DNA from: an uncultured Bacilli bacterium | GTDB taxonomy: Bacteria; Bacillota_I; Bacilli_A; RF39; UBA660 | DNA: 64,000 nucleotides | NCBI GenBank assembly: GCA_910588195.1 | Contig: CAJUPN010000003.1 | Span: 42,842 to 106,841 of the forward strand | Direction of reading: 5' to 3' | Shown: positions 1-9,813 of the stretch, in pieces | How positions within the stretch are numbered: position 1 is the first letter of the stretch | Layout: each line of letters opens with the position of its first letter | Notes under the pieces: model-generated | Seen by the model: the letters and a program-made list of their open reading frames with translations, nothing else | Databases searched by the model: none | Told to the model about the DNA's origin: nothing | Made by a program: the position numbers and the translations under genes

Positions 1-864
1 AAAATTTATAAACATACTTATTTTAATGAAAAAAAAGTTGTAAAGATAATAATGGATATAATACTTATATATTTAAGAGAATGCAAAAGTACAAATAGTA
101 TAGATTTTGATGATATGATTACTGAAGCAGCTAAAATAGTTAATAAAAAGAATATAGCATATAAATATATAATTATTGATGAATTTCAAGATACTTCTTA
201 TGTTAGATATAATCTTATAAAAGAAATTATTAAAAAATGTGATTCATATGTTTTTGTTGTTGGTGATGACTGGCAAAGCATCTATAGGTTTTCCGGATGT
301 AATTTAAATATATTTGTTAATTTTAAAGAGTTTTTTTCTGATGTTAATATTTTTAATTTAAAATATACTTATAGGAACAGCAATGAATTAATTAACATTA
401 GTTCAAGATTTATTATGAAAAATAAAAAGCAATTAAAAAAAGAGATTATTTCAAACAAAAATTTAAATAAACCTATTAAAATTGTAATAGGATATAATAT
501 AGATGAAACTATTAAATTAATTAATGATAAAGATATTTTAATAATTGGAAGAAATAATTCAGATATTAAAGATATAAAATGGGATAATCTACTTACGATT
601 CATCGATCTAAAGGGTTGGAGGCCAATAACGTAATACTAGTTAATTCTGATAATATTCCGTCCAAAATAAAGAATGAAAAAGTTTTGCGATATGTTCTTC
701 AAGAAAAAGATTATATTCCTTTTGAAGAAGAAAGAAGATTATTTTATGTTGCTCTTACTAGAACTAAAAATAGCATTTATATTATGGTTAATAAAACTAT
801 GAGTCCTTTTGTAAAAGAGTTATTACATGACAATAAAAATGGTATTCAAATATTAAAAAAGTAG
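1..864 (+). CDS. UvrD/Rep-type superfamily-1 DNA helicase, C-terminal part (5' end outside window)
   Basis: The frame of ORF 52..864 stays open back to base 1. Motifs IIIDEFQDTS, VVGDDWQSIYRFSG, TIHRSKGLE and YVALTRTK are typical of UvrD-like helicases. Confidence 0.75.
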   Translation, partial: KIYKHTYFNEKKVVKIIMDIILIYLRECKSTNSIDFDDMITEAAKIVNKKNIAYKYIIIDEFQDTSYVRYNLIKEIIKKCDSYVFVVGDDWQSIYRFSGCNLNIFVNFKEFFSDVNIFNLKYTYRNSNELINISSRFIMKNKKQLKKEIISNKNLNKPIKIVIGYNIDETIKLINDKDILIIGRNNSDIKDIKWDNLLTIHRSKGLEANNVILVNSDNIPSKIKNEKVLRYVLQEKDYIPFEEERRLFYVALTRTKNSIYIMVNKTMSPFVKELLHDNKNGIQILKK

Positions 865-885
865 AGACTATTTTCTCTACTTTTT

Positions 886-1425
886 CTAATAATTTTCTGC
901 TTTAACTTCAAAATAACTTTGTGGGTGAGCACATACTGGACAAACTTCTGGAGCTTGTTTTCCAATAACAATGTGTCCACAGTTTCGGCATTTCCAAATT
1001 GTATCTCCATCTTTTGAGAATACAAGTCCACCTTCAACATTCTCAATTAACTTACGATATCTTTCTTCATGTTCTTTTTCAATTGCCGCAACACTTTCAA
1101 ATAAGAATGCTATTCTATCGAAACCTTCTTCTTTGGCAGTTTTAGCAAATTCATCATACATGTCAGTCCACTCAAAGTTTTCACCTTCGGCAGCAGAAAC
1201 TAAATTATCAAGAGTTGATGGTACTTCTCCTCCATTTAATTCTTTGAACCATAATTTAGCATGTTCTTTTTCATTCTCTGCAGTTTCTAAGAATATTGCT
1301 GCTATTTGTTCATACCCTTCTTTTTTTGCTTTTGATGCAAAATATGTATATTTATTTCTTGCTTGTGATTCACCAGCAAAAGCAGTCATTAAATTTTGTT
1401 CTGTTTTACTTCCTTCTAATTTCAT
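886..1425 (-). CDS. rbr: Rubrerythrin
   Basis: 179 aa. Ferritin-like diiron part ([26 protein letters not shown]) plus a C-terminal rubredoxin-like CRNCG...CPVC. Confidence 0.9.
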   Translation of the reverse strand: MKLEGSKTEQNLMTAFAGESQARNKYTYFASKAKKEGYEQIAAIFLETAENEKEHAKLWFKELNGGEVPSTLDNLVSAAEGENFEWTDMYDEFAKTAKEEGFDRIAFLFESVAAIEKEHEERYRKLIENVEGGLVFSKDGDTIWKCRNCGHIVIGKQAPEVCPVCAHPQSYFEVKAENY

Positions 1426-1537
1426 ATAAAATTCCTTTCTACTAAGTAATTGCTTACTCAGTTTAATTATAACATATTTTTTGTTTTATTTTGAAGTAAA
1501 TTTAGTGTTTTTATGTAATAAATATATAGGAGGATAT

Positions 1538-1816
1538 ATGAATACTTGGAAAGAAATTAATGAGATAAATTTGTATTACATCAAATATAATGTAGTTCCA
1601 AATCTTGTTGCTTTTGGTCTTGCCTATTCATACTATAATAAAATAACTTTAAATTGTAGTATGGATGAATATTTTAATAATGTTTTTGCATTATTTAATA
1701 TTGTTAATATTAATATAAAAGATCAGTTTAAATTAGTTGATAACATATTAATAAATAGATATAAACTTATAATAATAAAAACTGATTCAATTGAATTAAT
1801 TAAAATAAGGAAATAA
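1538..1816 (+). CDS. Small hypothetical protein immediately upstream of essC
   Basis: ATG at 1538 is preceded by AGGAGG. 92 aa with no recognisable motif. Position suggests co-transcription with the T7SS ATPase. Confidence 0.4.
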   Translation: MNTWKEINEINLYYIKYNVVPNLVAFGLAYSYYNKITLNCSMDEYFNNVFALFNIVNINIKDQFKLVDNILINRYKLIIIKTDSIELIKIRK

Positions 1817-1882
1817 GTCTTCTTTAACTTTCTTATTATAAATTGATATGTTATAATTTAACTATGATAAAAAGGTGGTAAC

Positions 1883-4800
1883 ATGAAGCTTTATATAGCC
1901 GATAAAACAAAGATATATGATTTTAATTTGCCTGCAAGAGTGGAGGATTCTTTTTTAATTAATTATGTTTCGCCAGAAGGAGTTTCAGAAAATATTACTT
2001 TAATAGCTGATAATGGAAAATGGACTTTAAGAAAAAACCAAAACTATATTGTTAAAAAAAATGTGTTTGATATTGATGTTGATATTGTTGAAAATTTATC
2101 TTTTTATGATATTTCTTTTAATGATATAAAAGACCCTATTAAAATGTTTTTTTATGAAGCTCCAATAAATTATAATAGATACTCTATTATGGGTAAGACA
2201 AGAATAGTTATAGGTGGAGAAGAATGTGATATCATTTGCAAGTCTATAGGGATTAATCAAAATCAGGTTGTTATAGAACTTACTAATGGATTTTGGGAAA
2301 TTAAGTCTTTAGATAATTTAGTATATACTTATGTTAATTCTAAAAGGATTCTTTCCTCAAAATTAAATGCTGGAGACATAATTTTTATAGATGGCATAAA
2401 AATAATCTGGATGGTAAGCTTTATTCTTATTAATGATGTTCCAGATAAATTACAAGTTTCTTTTCCGATTGATGAGAGTCAAAAATTATTACATGATGAT
2501 AATTTATGTGAACCAGTTGATGGTACTGAAAAATACGCTACACTTTATAATGATAATGATGTTTTTTTTCATACCCCAAGATTAAAATCAGAATTTAAAA
2601 AAACACAGGTCCATATTGATGCTCCACCTGATGTCATTAAAGATGATGGTCCACCAGCAATACTAACTTTAGGTGCAACAATAATGATGGGTGTATCTTC
2701 TTCTATAACAGGAATAGTAGCAATATTTAGCGTGGTTTCTGGTCAAAGAAGTTTAGTAGGTTCTATATCAGAAATTATTATTTGTATTGCACTAATACTT
2801 GGATGTATTTTATTTCCTATATTATTGGATAAGTATCAAAGGAAAAAACTTCAGACAAAAGAAAACAATAGACAAAATAAATACAGTGAATATCTAAAAA
2901 AGAAAAAAAGTAAAATTAATGATTTAATGCAAAGAGAAAAAGAAATTCTTTTTCAAAATAATCTTAATTCTGAAGAATTAATTGACAATATTCAAAAAGT
3001 AACTAATAAAATTTGGAGCCGTGAAATAGGTGATAATGATTTTTTAACTTTTAGATTAGGTATTGGTAATAAAAAAGCAGATTTGGAAATTGATGCTACT
3101 ATTGAAGATTTTAGAATTGAAGATGATAATTTAAAAGAAGAAGTAGAGTCATTAGTTAATACTAAATTTATTTTAAATGATGTTCCAATTACCATATCAG
3201 CAATTGAAAATAGAATATTACCAATTATAATAGATGAAACATTTTCTAATAGAAAAGAAGTAATTGACAACATTATGGCTCAATTAATCTCTTTCTATAG
3301 TGGTATTGATTTAAAAATTGTTGTTTTTACTGATGAAGAAAATTATAGTAAATGGGAATATTTGAAATATTTGCCACATTTAAAAAGCAATGATAGTGAT
3401 GTAAGATTTTTTGCAACAAATGAAGATGAGATGAAGCAAGTATCATCTTATTTAGAAAATATATTTGTAGAAAGAAATATTAAAATAAAAAATATTGAAC
3501 GCACAGAAGAGGAACAAGATCCTAAAGAAAATAATCAGTATTACAAAAACTTTGATGAATACTATTTAATTGTTACTGATAATTATCTATTAGCAAAAAG
3601 ATCAGGTATAGTAGATAAAATATTAAATAGTAAAGCAAATACTGGTTTTTCTTTAATGATGATTGAAGAGTCTTTAAAAAATATTCCTAGTAGATTTAGC
3701 CAATTCATACAGTTTAAGAATAATGAATCTGGTATATTTAGCAAGGATTTAAGTGCATTGCAAGATTATAGTTTTAAACCAGATTTATTTATTGGAGATA
3801 TAGCAATTTCTTCGTTGACTATTGCTAATATTCCAGCTTCTTCTATAAATTTAGCTAATCAACTTCCAAATACTATTAACTTTTTAGAAATGTACAATGT
3901 TGGAAAAATTGATCAACTTAACATTGTTAATAGATGGACTAAAAATGATCCAACTAATAGTTTAAAGGCTCCTATTGGAGTGCACCCTGATGGAAAGCTT
4001 TTTGAATTAGACTTACATGAAAAATTTCATGGTCCTCATGGTTTAATTGCTGGATCTACTGGTTCTGGTAAGAGTGAGTTTATTATTTCATTTATCTTAT
4101 CTATGGCGGTTAATTATCACCCTGATGAAGTTCAATTTGTTCTTATTGATTATAAAGGTGGTGGCTTAGCTGGAGCCTTTGAAAATAGAGAAACTGGAAT
4201 AAAGATTCCTCATCTTGTTGGAACTATTACAAATTTAGATACGGGAGAAATGAATAGAACACTTGTATCGATTAATAGTGAACTCAAAAGACGACAAAGA
4301 ATGTTTAATGAAGCTAGAGATTTACTTGGTGAGAGTACTGTTGACATTTATAAATATCAAAAATTTTATCGTGATGGCAAAGTTAAAGTACCTATTTCTC
4401 ATCTATTTATAATATCTGATGAGTTTGCAGAATTAAAAAGTCAACAGCCTGATTTTATGGATGAATTAATATCAGCTGCTAGAATTGGTAGATCTCTTGG
4501 AGTTCATTTAATACTAGCAACTCAAAAGCCAAGTGGAGTTGTCGATGATCAAATCTGGTCTAACTCTAAATTTAAAATATGTTTAAAAGTACAAACATCA
4601 GAGGATAGTATGGAATTACTAAAAAGGTCGGATGCTGCAAGTATTAAAGAAACAGGACGATTTTATTTACAAGTTGGATTTGATGAATTGTTTGAAATTG
4701 GTCAATCAGCATGGTCTGGAGCCAGATATATTCCTCAAGATAGAATGGAAAAAAATATTGACGATTCAATAAAAATTGTTGACAATAGTGGTAATTTGAT

Positions 4801-6469
4801 CAAAGAAATTACTGATACAATAAAAATAGAAAGCCAAGTAAACTATGGTGATCAGTTAACGAATATTGTTAAATCTTTATATGAAATATCAAAACGTGAA
4901 AATATAAATACGAGACAATTATGGTTACCAAGTATTCCTCCAGAAATATACTTAATAAACACGATTAAAAAATATAGCTATAAACCACAACCTTATCTAA
5001 TAAATCCTGTAATTGGAGAATATGATATACCAGCATCTCAGCTACAAAATATTTTAACAATTGATTTTACTAATTCTGGTAATTTAATTATTTATGGAAA
5101 TGCGGGCACAGGAAAAGAAAATCTTCTAATGACTTTAGTTTATTCTATCTGTATATTTCATACTTCAGCAGAAATTAGTCTTTATATAATGGATTTTGGT
5201 GCAGAGGTTTTAAAGATTTTCTCTTCAATTCCGCAAGTAGGAGATGTTGTTTTACTAGAAGAAAATAATAAAGTTAGAAGTCTATTATTAATGATAGAAA
5301 GAGAAATAAATAGAAGAAAAGAACTATTTTCAAAACATGGTGGAAGTTACATTTCATATATAAAAAATTCAGATGAAAAAATGCCTTTAATGATGATTAT
5401 TCTAAATGGTTATGAAACATTTATAGAGAGTCATGGCGATTATGATGATTTCTTTGCTCATCTAGTTCGAGAGAGTTCTAAATATGGAATTGTATTTGTT
5501 ATGACAGCCATTTCTCCATCATCTGTAAAGACAAAGATTAGTCAGTCATTCCCAAATAAGATAGCTACACAATTGTCAGATAATTTTGATTATAAATTCT
5601 ATTTAGATGCACCAGAGGGTCTAACTCCATCTAAATATTTTGGTCGAGGAATTATTAGTATGGATGGTTCTGCTTATGAAATGCAAAGTTGTTTAATTGC
5701 TCAAAAAAATTTAATTAATCAATGTATAATAACAACTTTTGAAAAATATGCTAAGACAGCATCTAAAACTCCTCCTATCCCTGTTATTCCTAAAGTAATT
5801 ACTTCTGATACTTTATCAAGTTATATTGATAGCATAAAAAATGTGCCAATCGGTATAAATATTTATGACGCAAGTGTTAATAAGTTTGATTTTACTGCTA
5901 ATAAGATATCACAAATAATAGGTAATAATTTATTAATTGAAAATGCTTTTATTACTAATTTTGTTTCCATAATGTCTTCCATTCCAAATGTAAATGTAAA
6001 AATTATAGATTTCGTTGGATGTATTTCAGACAATTATGGATTAGATTATGTTAGTGGTGAATTCACTGCTAACATTAGTCAGATAGAAAATGAAAGTAGC
6101 GAAAAATCAATCGTTTATATTTTATTAGGAGTTGGTTATATTTACGATAAAGTTTTAGATGAAGGAATTGATAAATTGTTTAGTATTTTAGACAATTTAA
6201 ATAATTTACAAAATAAACATTTTATCTTTGCAGATAATTATTCTTCGTATAAGCGAATTATGAAAGAAGATTGGTACAGTAAAATTGTTAACAACAAATC
6301 TGGAATTTGGATTGGTAAAGGCGTTGATATTCAAAATGCAATTAAGTTTAATTCAATGTCTTTAAGTGATGTTAATGAGAACTTTAAAGGACTAGCATAT
6401 GTTTCAAATAATGAAATATATCATGTTATAAAGAGTTTAGGTACTGAAGATGGAGGCGATATTTATTAA
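1883..6469 (+). CDS. essC: Type VII secretion FtsK/SpoIIIE-family ATPase EssC/YukB
   Basis: 1528 aa. N-terminal FHA-like region, two TM helices (about aa 255-315) and three tandem FtsK/SpoIIIE ATPase modules. D1 has a canonical Walker A GSTGSGKS (nt 4052-4075) and Walker B IISDEFAEL. Confidence 0.9.
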   Translation: MKLYIADKTKIYDFNLPARVEDSFLINYVSPEGVSENITLIADNGKWTLRKNQNYIVKKNVFDIDVDIVENLSFYDISFNDIKDPIKMFFYEAPINYNRYSIMGKTRIVIGGEECDIICKSIGINQNQVVIELTNGFWEIKSLDNLVYTYVNSKRILSSKLNAGDIIFIDGIKIIWMVSFILINDVPDKLQVSFPIDESQKLLHDDNLCEPVDGTEKYATLYNDNDVFFHTPRLKSEFKKTQVHIDAPPDVIKDDGPPAILTLGATIMMGVSSSITGIVAIFSVVSGQRSLVGSISEIIICIALILGCILFPILLDKYQRKKLQTKENNRQNKYSEYLKKKKSKINDLMQREKEILFQNNLNSEELIDNIQKVTNKIWSREIGDNDFLTFRLGIGNKKADLEIDATIEDFRIEDDNLKEEVESLVNTKFILNDVPITISAIENRILPIIIDETFSNRKEVIDNIMAQLISFYSGIDLKIVVFTDEENYSKWEYLKYLPHLKSNDSDVRFFATNEDEMKQVSSYLENIFVERNIKIKNIERTEEEQDPKENNQYYKNFDEYYLIVTDNYLLAKRSGIVDKILNSKANTGFSLMMIEESLKNIPSRFSQFIQFKNNESGIFSKDLSALQDYSFKPDLFIGDIAISSLTIANIPASSINLANQLPNTINFLEMYNVGKIDQLNIVNRWTKNDPTNSLKAPIGVHPDGKLFELDLHEKFHGPHGLIAGSTGSGKSEFIISFILSMAVNYHPDEVQFVLIDYKGGGLAGAFENRETGIKIPHLVGTITNLDTGEMNRTLVSINSELKRRQRMFNEARDLLGESTVDIYKYQKFYRDGKVKVPISHLFIISDEFAELKSQQPDFMDELISAARIGRSLGVHLILATQKPSGVVDDQIWSNSKFKICLKVQTSEDSMELLKRSDAASIKETGRFYLQVGFDELFEIGQSAWSGARYIPQDRMEKNIDDSIKIVDNSGNLIKEITDTIKIESQVNYGDQLTNIVKSLYEISKRENINTRQLWLPSIPPEIYLINTIKKYSYKPQPYLINPVIGEYDIPASQLQNILTIDFTNSGNLIIYGNAGTGKENLLMTLVYSICIFHTSAEISLYIMDFGAEVLKIFSSIPQVGDVVLLEENNKVRSLLLMIEREINRRKELFSKHGGSYISYIKNSDEKMPLMMIILNGYETFIESHGDYDDFFAHLVRESSKYGIVFVMTAISPSSVKTKISQSFPNKIATQLSDNFDYKFYLDAPEGLTPSKYFGRGIISMDGSAYEMQSCLIAQKNLINQCIITTFEKYAKTASKTPPIPVIPKVITSDTLSSYIDSIKNVPIGINIYDASVNKFDFTANKISQIIGNNLLIENAFITNFVSIMSSIPNVNVKIIDFVGCISDNYGLDYVSGEFTANISQIENESSEKSIVYILLGVGYIYDKVLDEGIDKLFSILDNLNNLQNKHFIFADNYSSYKRIMKEDWYSKIVNNKSGIWIGKGVDIQNAIKFNSMSLSDVNENFKGLAYVSNNEIYHVIKSLGTEDGGDIY

Positions 6470-6725
6470 TAATAAGGTTTTTATAAAATTATTAATCCCT
6501 GAAATTGATAAAAGTTATGATGTTTCATTACCTGTTAATAAAAGAATTGGAAACATAATAAATCTTTTAAATGCAACAGTTTCTGAAATGTCTAATGGTG
6601 AATTAACGCTTTCAAAAAACAGTGTCCTTTATAATGCAAGAACTGGAGAAAAATATATGCCAAACACACTATTACTTAATACTAATATTCGCAATGGTAC
6701 TATATTAGTTTTACTTACAAATTAA
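6450..6725 (+). CDS. esaB: EsaB/YukD-like small ubiquitin-fold T7SS protein
   Basis: 91 aa, overlaps the essC 3' end by 20 nt. Pattern of beta-strand hydrophobics and the C-terminal NGTILVLL resemble YukD/EsaB (GDxLxLL tail). Confidence 0.6.
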   Translation: MEAIFINNKVFIKLLIPEIDKSYDVSLPVNKRIGNIINLLNATVSEMSNGELTLSKNSVLYNARTGEKYMPNTLLLNTNIRNGTILVLLTN

Positions 6726-6749
6726 AATCACTTCATACGAAGTGATTTT
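6724..6749. terminator. Bidirectional rho-independent terminator between the convergent essC-esaB and WXG operons
   Basis: 11-bp perfect stem aaaatcacttc / gaagtgatttt with loop atac, flanked by A/T runs on both sides. Confidence 0.7.
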
Positions 6750-6754
6750 AATTA

Positions 6755-7081
6755 TTAACTCTTTACTGAATCAGACACATCTCTAATTACATTTGATGAT
6801 GTATCATATTTAGAATAATTACTTGCTAATGTAGAAATTCTATTTTGGAATCTATCTAAAGATTGAAATAATACAGTTATTTGTTGATCAATTGTATTAA
6901 TCAAAGTTGTAGCTTGAGCTTCAACTGAAGTTCCTTTTATAGCAGCTTGTATTTCTGACTTAGATGCAGAAATATTTGTTAATTTTACTAAACTATTTTT
7001 ATAATCTTGAACTGCTTGTTGCATTTTCGCAATACCTGCAGTGTTAATACCAGTTATTCCTGTTGCCATTTTATTCACCAT
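6755..7081 (-). CDS. WXG100-superfamily-like small helical protein lacking the WXG motif
   Basis: 108 aa, no signal peptide, predicted helix-turn-helix hairpin. Lies directly downstream of a WXG protein. The central turn reads IKGTSVEA instead of WxG. Confidence 0.5.
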   Translation of the reverse strand: MVNKMATGITGINTAGIAKMQQAVQDYKNSLVKLTNISASKSEIQAAIKGTSVEAQATTLINTIDQQITVLFQSLDRFQNRISTLASNYSKYDTSSNVIRDVSDSVKS

Positions 7082-7086
7082 TCTTT

Positions 7087-7392
7087 CTACTTATTATTGG
7101 TTTGGAATTTCATAAATGCACTTTGTTCAGTATCGAATGCATCTACATATTTCTTAAAATTAGATATATTTTTATTTAAAGTATCTATTTGTTTTTCAAG
7201 ATCTTTAATAAATGCTGTTGCATCTTCTCCTACCCAATAATTGTTGATTGTATTTACCATTGACTTATAGCTGTCACTTGTTGGAGTTAATTTTTTTGTA
7301 ACTGCTGTAATGTCTCCAATTAGGTTTGCTTTTAAATTCTTTATGCCTGTAGTACTACGTGCATAAGTTGCGTTTGACATTGTTAAACCCAT
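7087..7392 (-). CDS. WXG100 (ESAT-6-like) protein
   Basis: 101 aa with a central W-V-G (NNYWVGEDATAF) at aa 53-55. No signal peptide. Adjacent to essC. Confidence 0.65.
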   Translation of the reverse strand: MGLTMSNATYARSTTGIKNLKANLIGDITAVTKKLTPTSDSYKSMVNTINNYWVGEDATAFIKDLEKQIDTLNKNISNFKKYVDAFDTEQSAFMKFQTNNK

Positions 7393-7414
7393 AATGTACC
7401 TTCTTTCTAATTAA

Positions 7415-7443
7415 AGTTTAACAAAGCCATGTAAACGTTTCAA
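7415..7443 (-). promoter_or_regulatory. Candidate sigma-A promoter for the WXG gene pair
   Basis: On the minus strand: TTGAAA (7443-7438), 17-nt spacer, TAAACT (7420-7415). GAAGG RBS before the ATG. Confidence 0.4.
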
Positions 7444-7477
7444 GGAAAAATGACAAATATTTACATTTTATTTTCAC

Positions 7478-8026
7478 TTATTTACTGAGTTTAAGTTTTT
7501 TTATTCTATCTTGGATAATTTGCATAGTTTCAGTAACTTCTTCTTTTGATATTTCACGATCTTCATTGAATTTTTCGACTATAACTCCAGCTTCTCTAAG
7601 CATTATATGACTAATTTCTACTTCATCAGGCTTAGAATAGTTTCTTAAATAAACTATCTTTTTTATACCAGATTGAATAACTTCTTTTGTACACTCTGTA
7701 CAAGGAAACCAAGTAACATAAAGTGTTTTCCCTCTCAAATCTCCATTATAGTTTAAAATGGCATTTCTCTCTGCATGAACTGTATAATAATCTTTAATAT
7801 TCTTTTTTATACCTGTTTTTTCTCCTGATGATGCCCAATCAAATGTATCATCATTCATACCACGTGGTAATCCATTATAACCAATAGATAAGATTTTATG
7901 ACTTTCTTCATCAATTATACATGCACCAACTTGATTTGATGGATCTTTACTTCGTAAAGATGCAAGCAACGCATTACCCATAAAGTATTCTTCCCAATCA
8001 AGATATTGTTCTCTTTTTGTTGACAT
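7478..8026 (-). CDS. comEB: dCMP deaminase (ComEB family)
   Basis: Zinc-deaminase motifs HAERNA and PCTECT. 182 aa. Confidence 0.85.
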   Translation of the reverse strand: MSTKREQYLDWEEYFMGNALLASLRSKDPSNQVGACIIDEESHKILSIGYNGLPRGMNDDTFDWASSGEKTGIKKNIKDYYTVHAERNAILNYNGDLRGKTLYVTWFPCTECTKEVIQSGIKKIVYLRNYSKPDEVEISHIMLREAGVIVEKFNEDREISKEEVTETMQIIQDRIKKLKLSK

Positions 8027-8038
8027 AATAAAACTCCT

Positions 8039-8866
8039 TTAAAATAATGATAATTGATATTTATCTTCAATTTTTTTTGCATTCCATATTGGTGCTAAAT
8101 ATTCATATAGGCTTTTAATTTGATCATTGTATTTTTTTGATAATATTGATTTGTCATAAATAGGCAAATTAAGAGAATCTATTAGTGTTGAAATTTCAGT
8201 ACAAAATTCAAAAAAAGTTTCTTCATTATAGTTTCTAACTAAAAGACTACGCAAACGTTTAACAACTTTTTCCTTTCGATAATAATTGGTTTTAGACATT
8301 TTCTCCTTTAATTTGTCTTTTTTCTCAATAAAATCTATATCTGGTATTGTTTCTTGAGCATAGTCAAGAGACTCTGCGATGTCTAATGAGGATAAGCGCT
8401 CTACTATACAAATATTTTGGCTTATGTACTTTAAAAATTCTGTCTTAAAATATTCAGGTGAAGCTGTGGTATATGATTCAACGGCATTACATAGATGAGT
8501 TAAAACCTCTATTTCTACTCTTCTTGCAAGGTCAATTTGTATATCCTCTAAACTTGCCCATATGACTTTAGATATGGCATTATAGTGATCATGTCCGCTA
8601 CATAATGATACTAAATAACTTCCAAAAGTAAAAAGTGTTTCTTCAGTTTTATAATATGCCATATTATTAAATAAGAAGAAAAATATTTGAGCTTTATTGT
8701 ATGTTCCTGTATCTTCTTCATATTCTATACTGTTATGGTTTTTCATATTTTTATTTTCTAATAAAATAGAATCAGTTGTTTGTTTAAATTCTTCTAATGT
8801 TATTTTATTTTCTAATGATTTATTTAACATAACCAAAGCCATTTTTAAAGCCAATGTTCTATTCAT
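8039..8866 (-). CDS. Hypothetical protein
   Basis: 275-aa ORF just upstream of comEB on the same strand. No motif recognised. Confidence 0.45.
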   Translation of the reverse strand: MNRTLALKMALVMLNKSLENKITLEEFKQTTDSILLENKNMKNHNSIEYEEDTGTYNKAQIFFFLFNNMAYYKTEETLFTFGSYLVSLCSGHDHYNAISKVIWASLEDIQIDLARRVEIEVLTHLCNAVESYTTASPEYFKTEFLKYISQNICIVERLSSLDIAESLDYAQETIPDIDFIEKKDKLKEKMSKTNYYRKEKVVKRLRSLLVRNYNEETFFEFCTEISTLIDSLNLPIYDKSILSKKYNDQIKSLYEYLAPIWNAKKIEDKYQLSLF

Positions 8867-8952
8867 ATTATCACCTAGTGCTATTTATTATAAATGTATA
8901 TTTAAATTAAGTAAAGAGTTTTATTTGATTGTGATATAATGTGTATGGTGAT

Positions 8953-9813
8953 ATGATGAAAATACTTAATTTGTGGCAAATTCAAGTTTTTATATACTTG
9001 ATTTCAGCTTGTATATTTGCAAGAACATTTAAACTGGCAAATCGTGATATGAAAGATGCAAATGCATTAACAGTTTTATTAGAATTATTTACTGCATTAT
9101 TTGCAATCTTTTTAATTCCTCTATTTGAAATTAAATTTCCTGGAGAGATAAAAGTCTATATTATTTTATTGATTACAACACTAATATATGCAATCACGGA
9201 TAGATTAAATATTGAAGCAAGATATGGTTTAAAACCGTCAACCTTTAGTATGCTAAAACAATTGTCAACAGTCTTTATGATTATTTTTGGCTTAGTCTTT
9301 TTAAAGGAAAAATTTGTTCCTTTAAAAGTAATTGGAGCTTTATTAATAATACTTTCAAATTTGCTTATAAGTTATGATAATGGAAAATTTGAGTTTAATA
9401 AATATTTCCTTATGGCTTTTATTTCTAATTTTTTATTTGCTGTTGCCATGCTTATAAATGTTAATATATCTGACTACTTTAATTTAGCAATATACACAAT
9501 AATAACTGTGTCTGTTCCTGCTATTATTATTTCTCTTTTTAATAGACTCACTTTTAAAAATTTAATTAAAGAATTTAAGTGTTATAACAAGAATGCTTTT
9601 ATCTTAGCTGCTTTAACTTGGTGTTTAATGTTAATTTCATCAGTTAGAGCTTACCAATTAAAAAGTGTTACTATTGTAGCTCCACTTTTTGCTCTTACTT
9701 CTATAATAAATGCTGTAGTAGAATTAATATTTGATAAAGATAGAAAAAACTTTTTAATTAAAATTATCTCAGGTATCTTAATAATTGTAGGTGTTATTCT
9801 AATAAAATTATAA
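8953..9813 (+). CDS. EamA/DMT-family transporter
   Basis: About 286 aa with about 10 hydrophobic helices arranged as two EamA-like halves. ATG at 8953/8956 preferred over the GTG at 8941. Confidence 0.65.
   Translation: MMKILNLWQIQVFIYLISACIFARTFKLANRDMKDANALTVLLELFTALFAIFLIPLFEIKFPGEIKVYIILLITTLIYAITDRLNIEARYGLKPSTFSMLKQLSTVFMIIFGLVFLKEKFVPLKVIGALLIILSNLLISYDNGKFEFNKYFLMAFISNFLFAVAMLINVNISDYFNLAIYTIITVSVPAIIISLFNRLTFKNLIKEFKCYNKNAFILAALTWCLMLISSVRAYQLKSVTIVAPLFALTSIINAVVELIFDKDRKNFLIKIISGILIIVGVILIKL

Noticed and set aside
971-1429. 152-aa plus-strand ORF overlapping rubrerythrin, and similar long antisense ORFs (28875..29261, 56335..56886, 19400..19789, 39496..39750, 45605..45895 and others).
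   Set aside because: Each lies fully inside, and antisense to or out of frame with, a gene with strong family motifs. Their translations are Ser/Leu/Phe-rich with no motifs. They are shadow ORFs.
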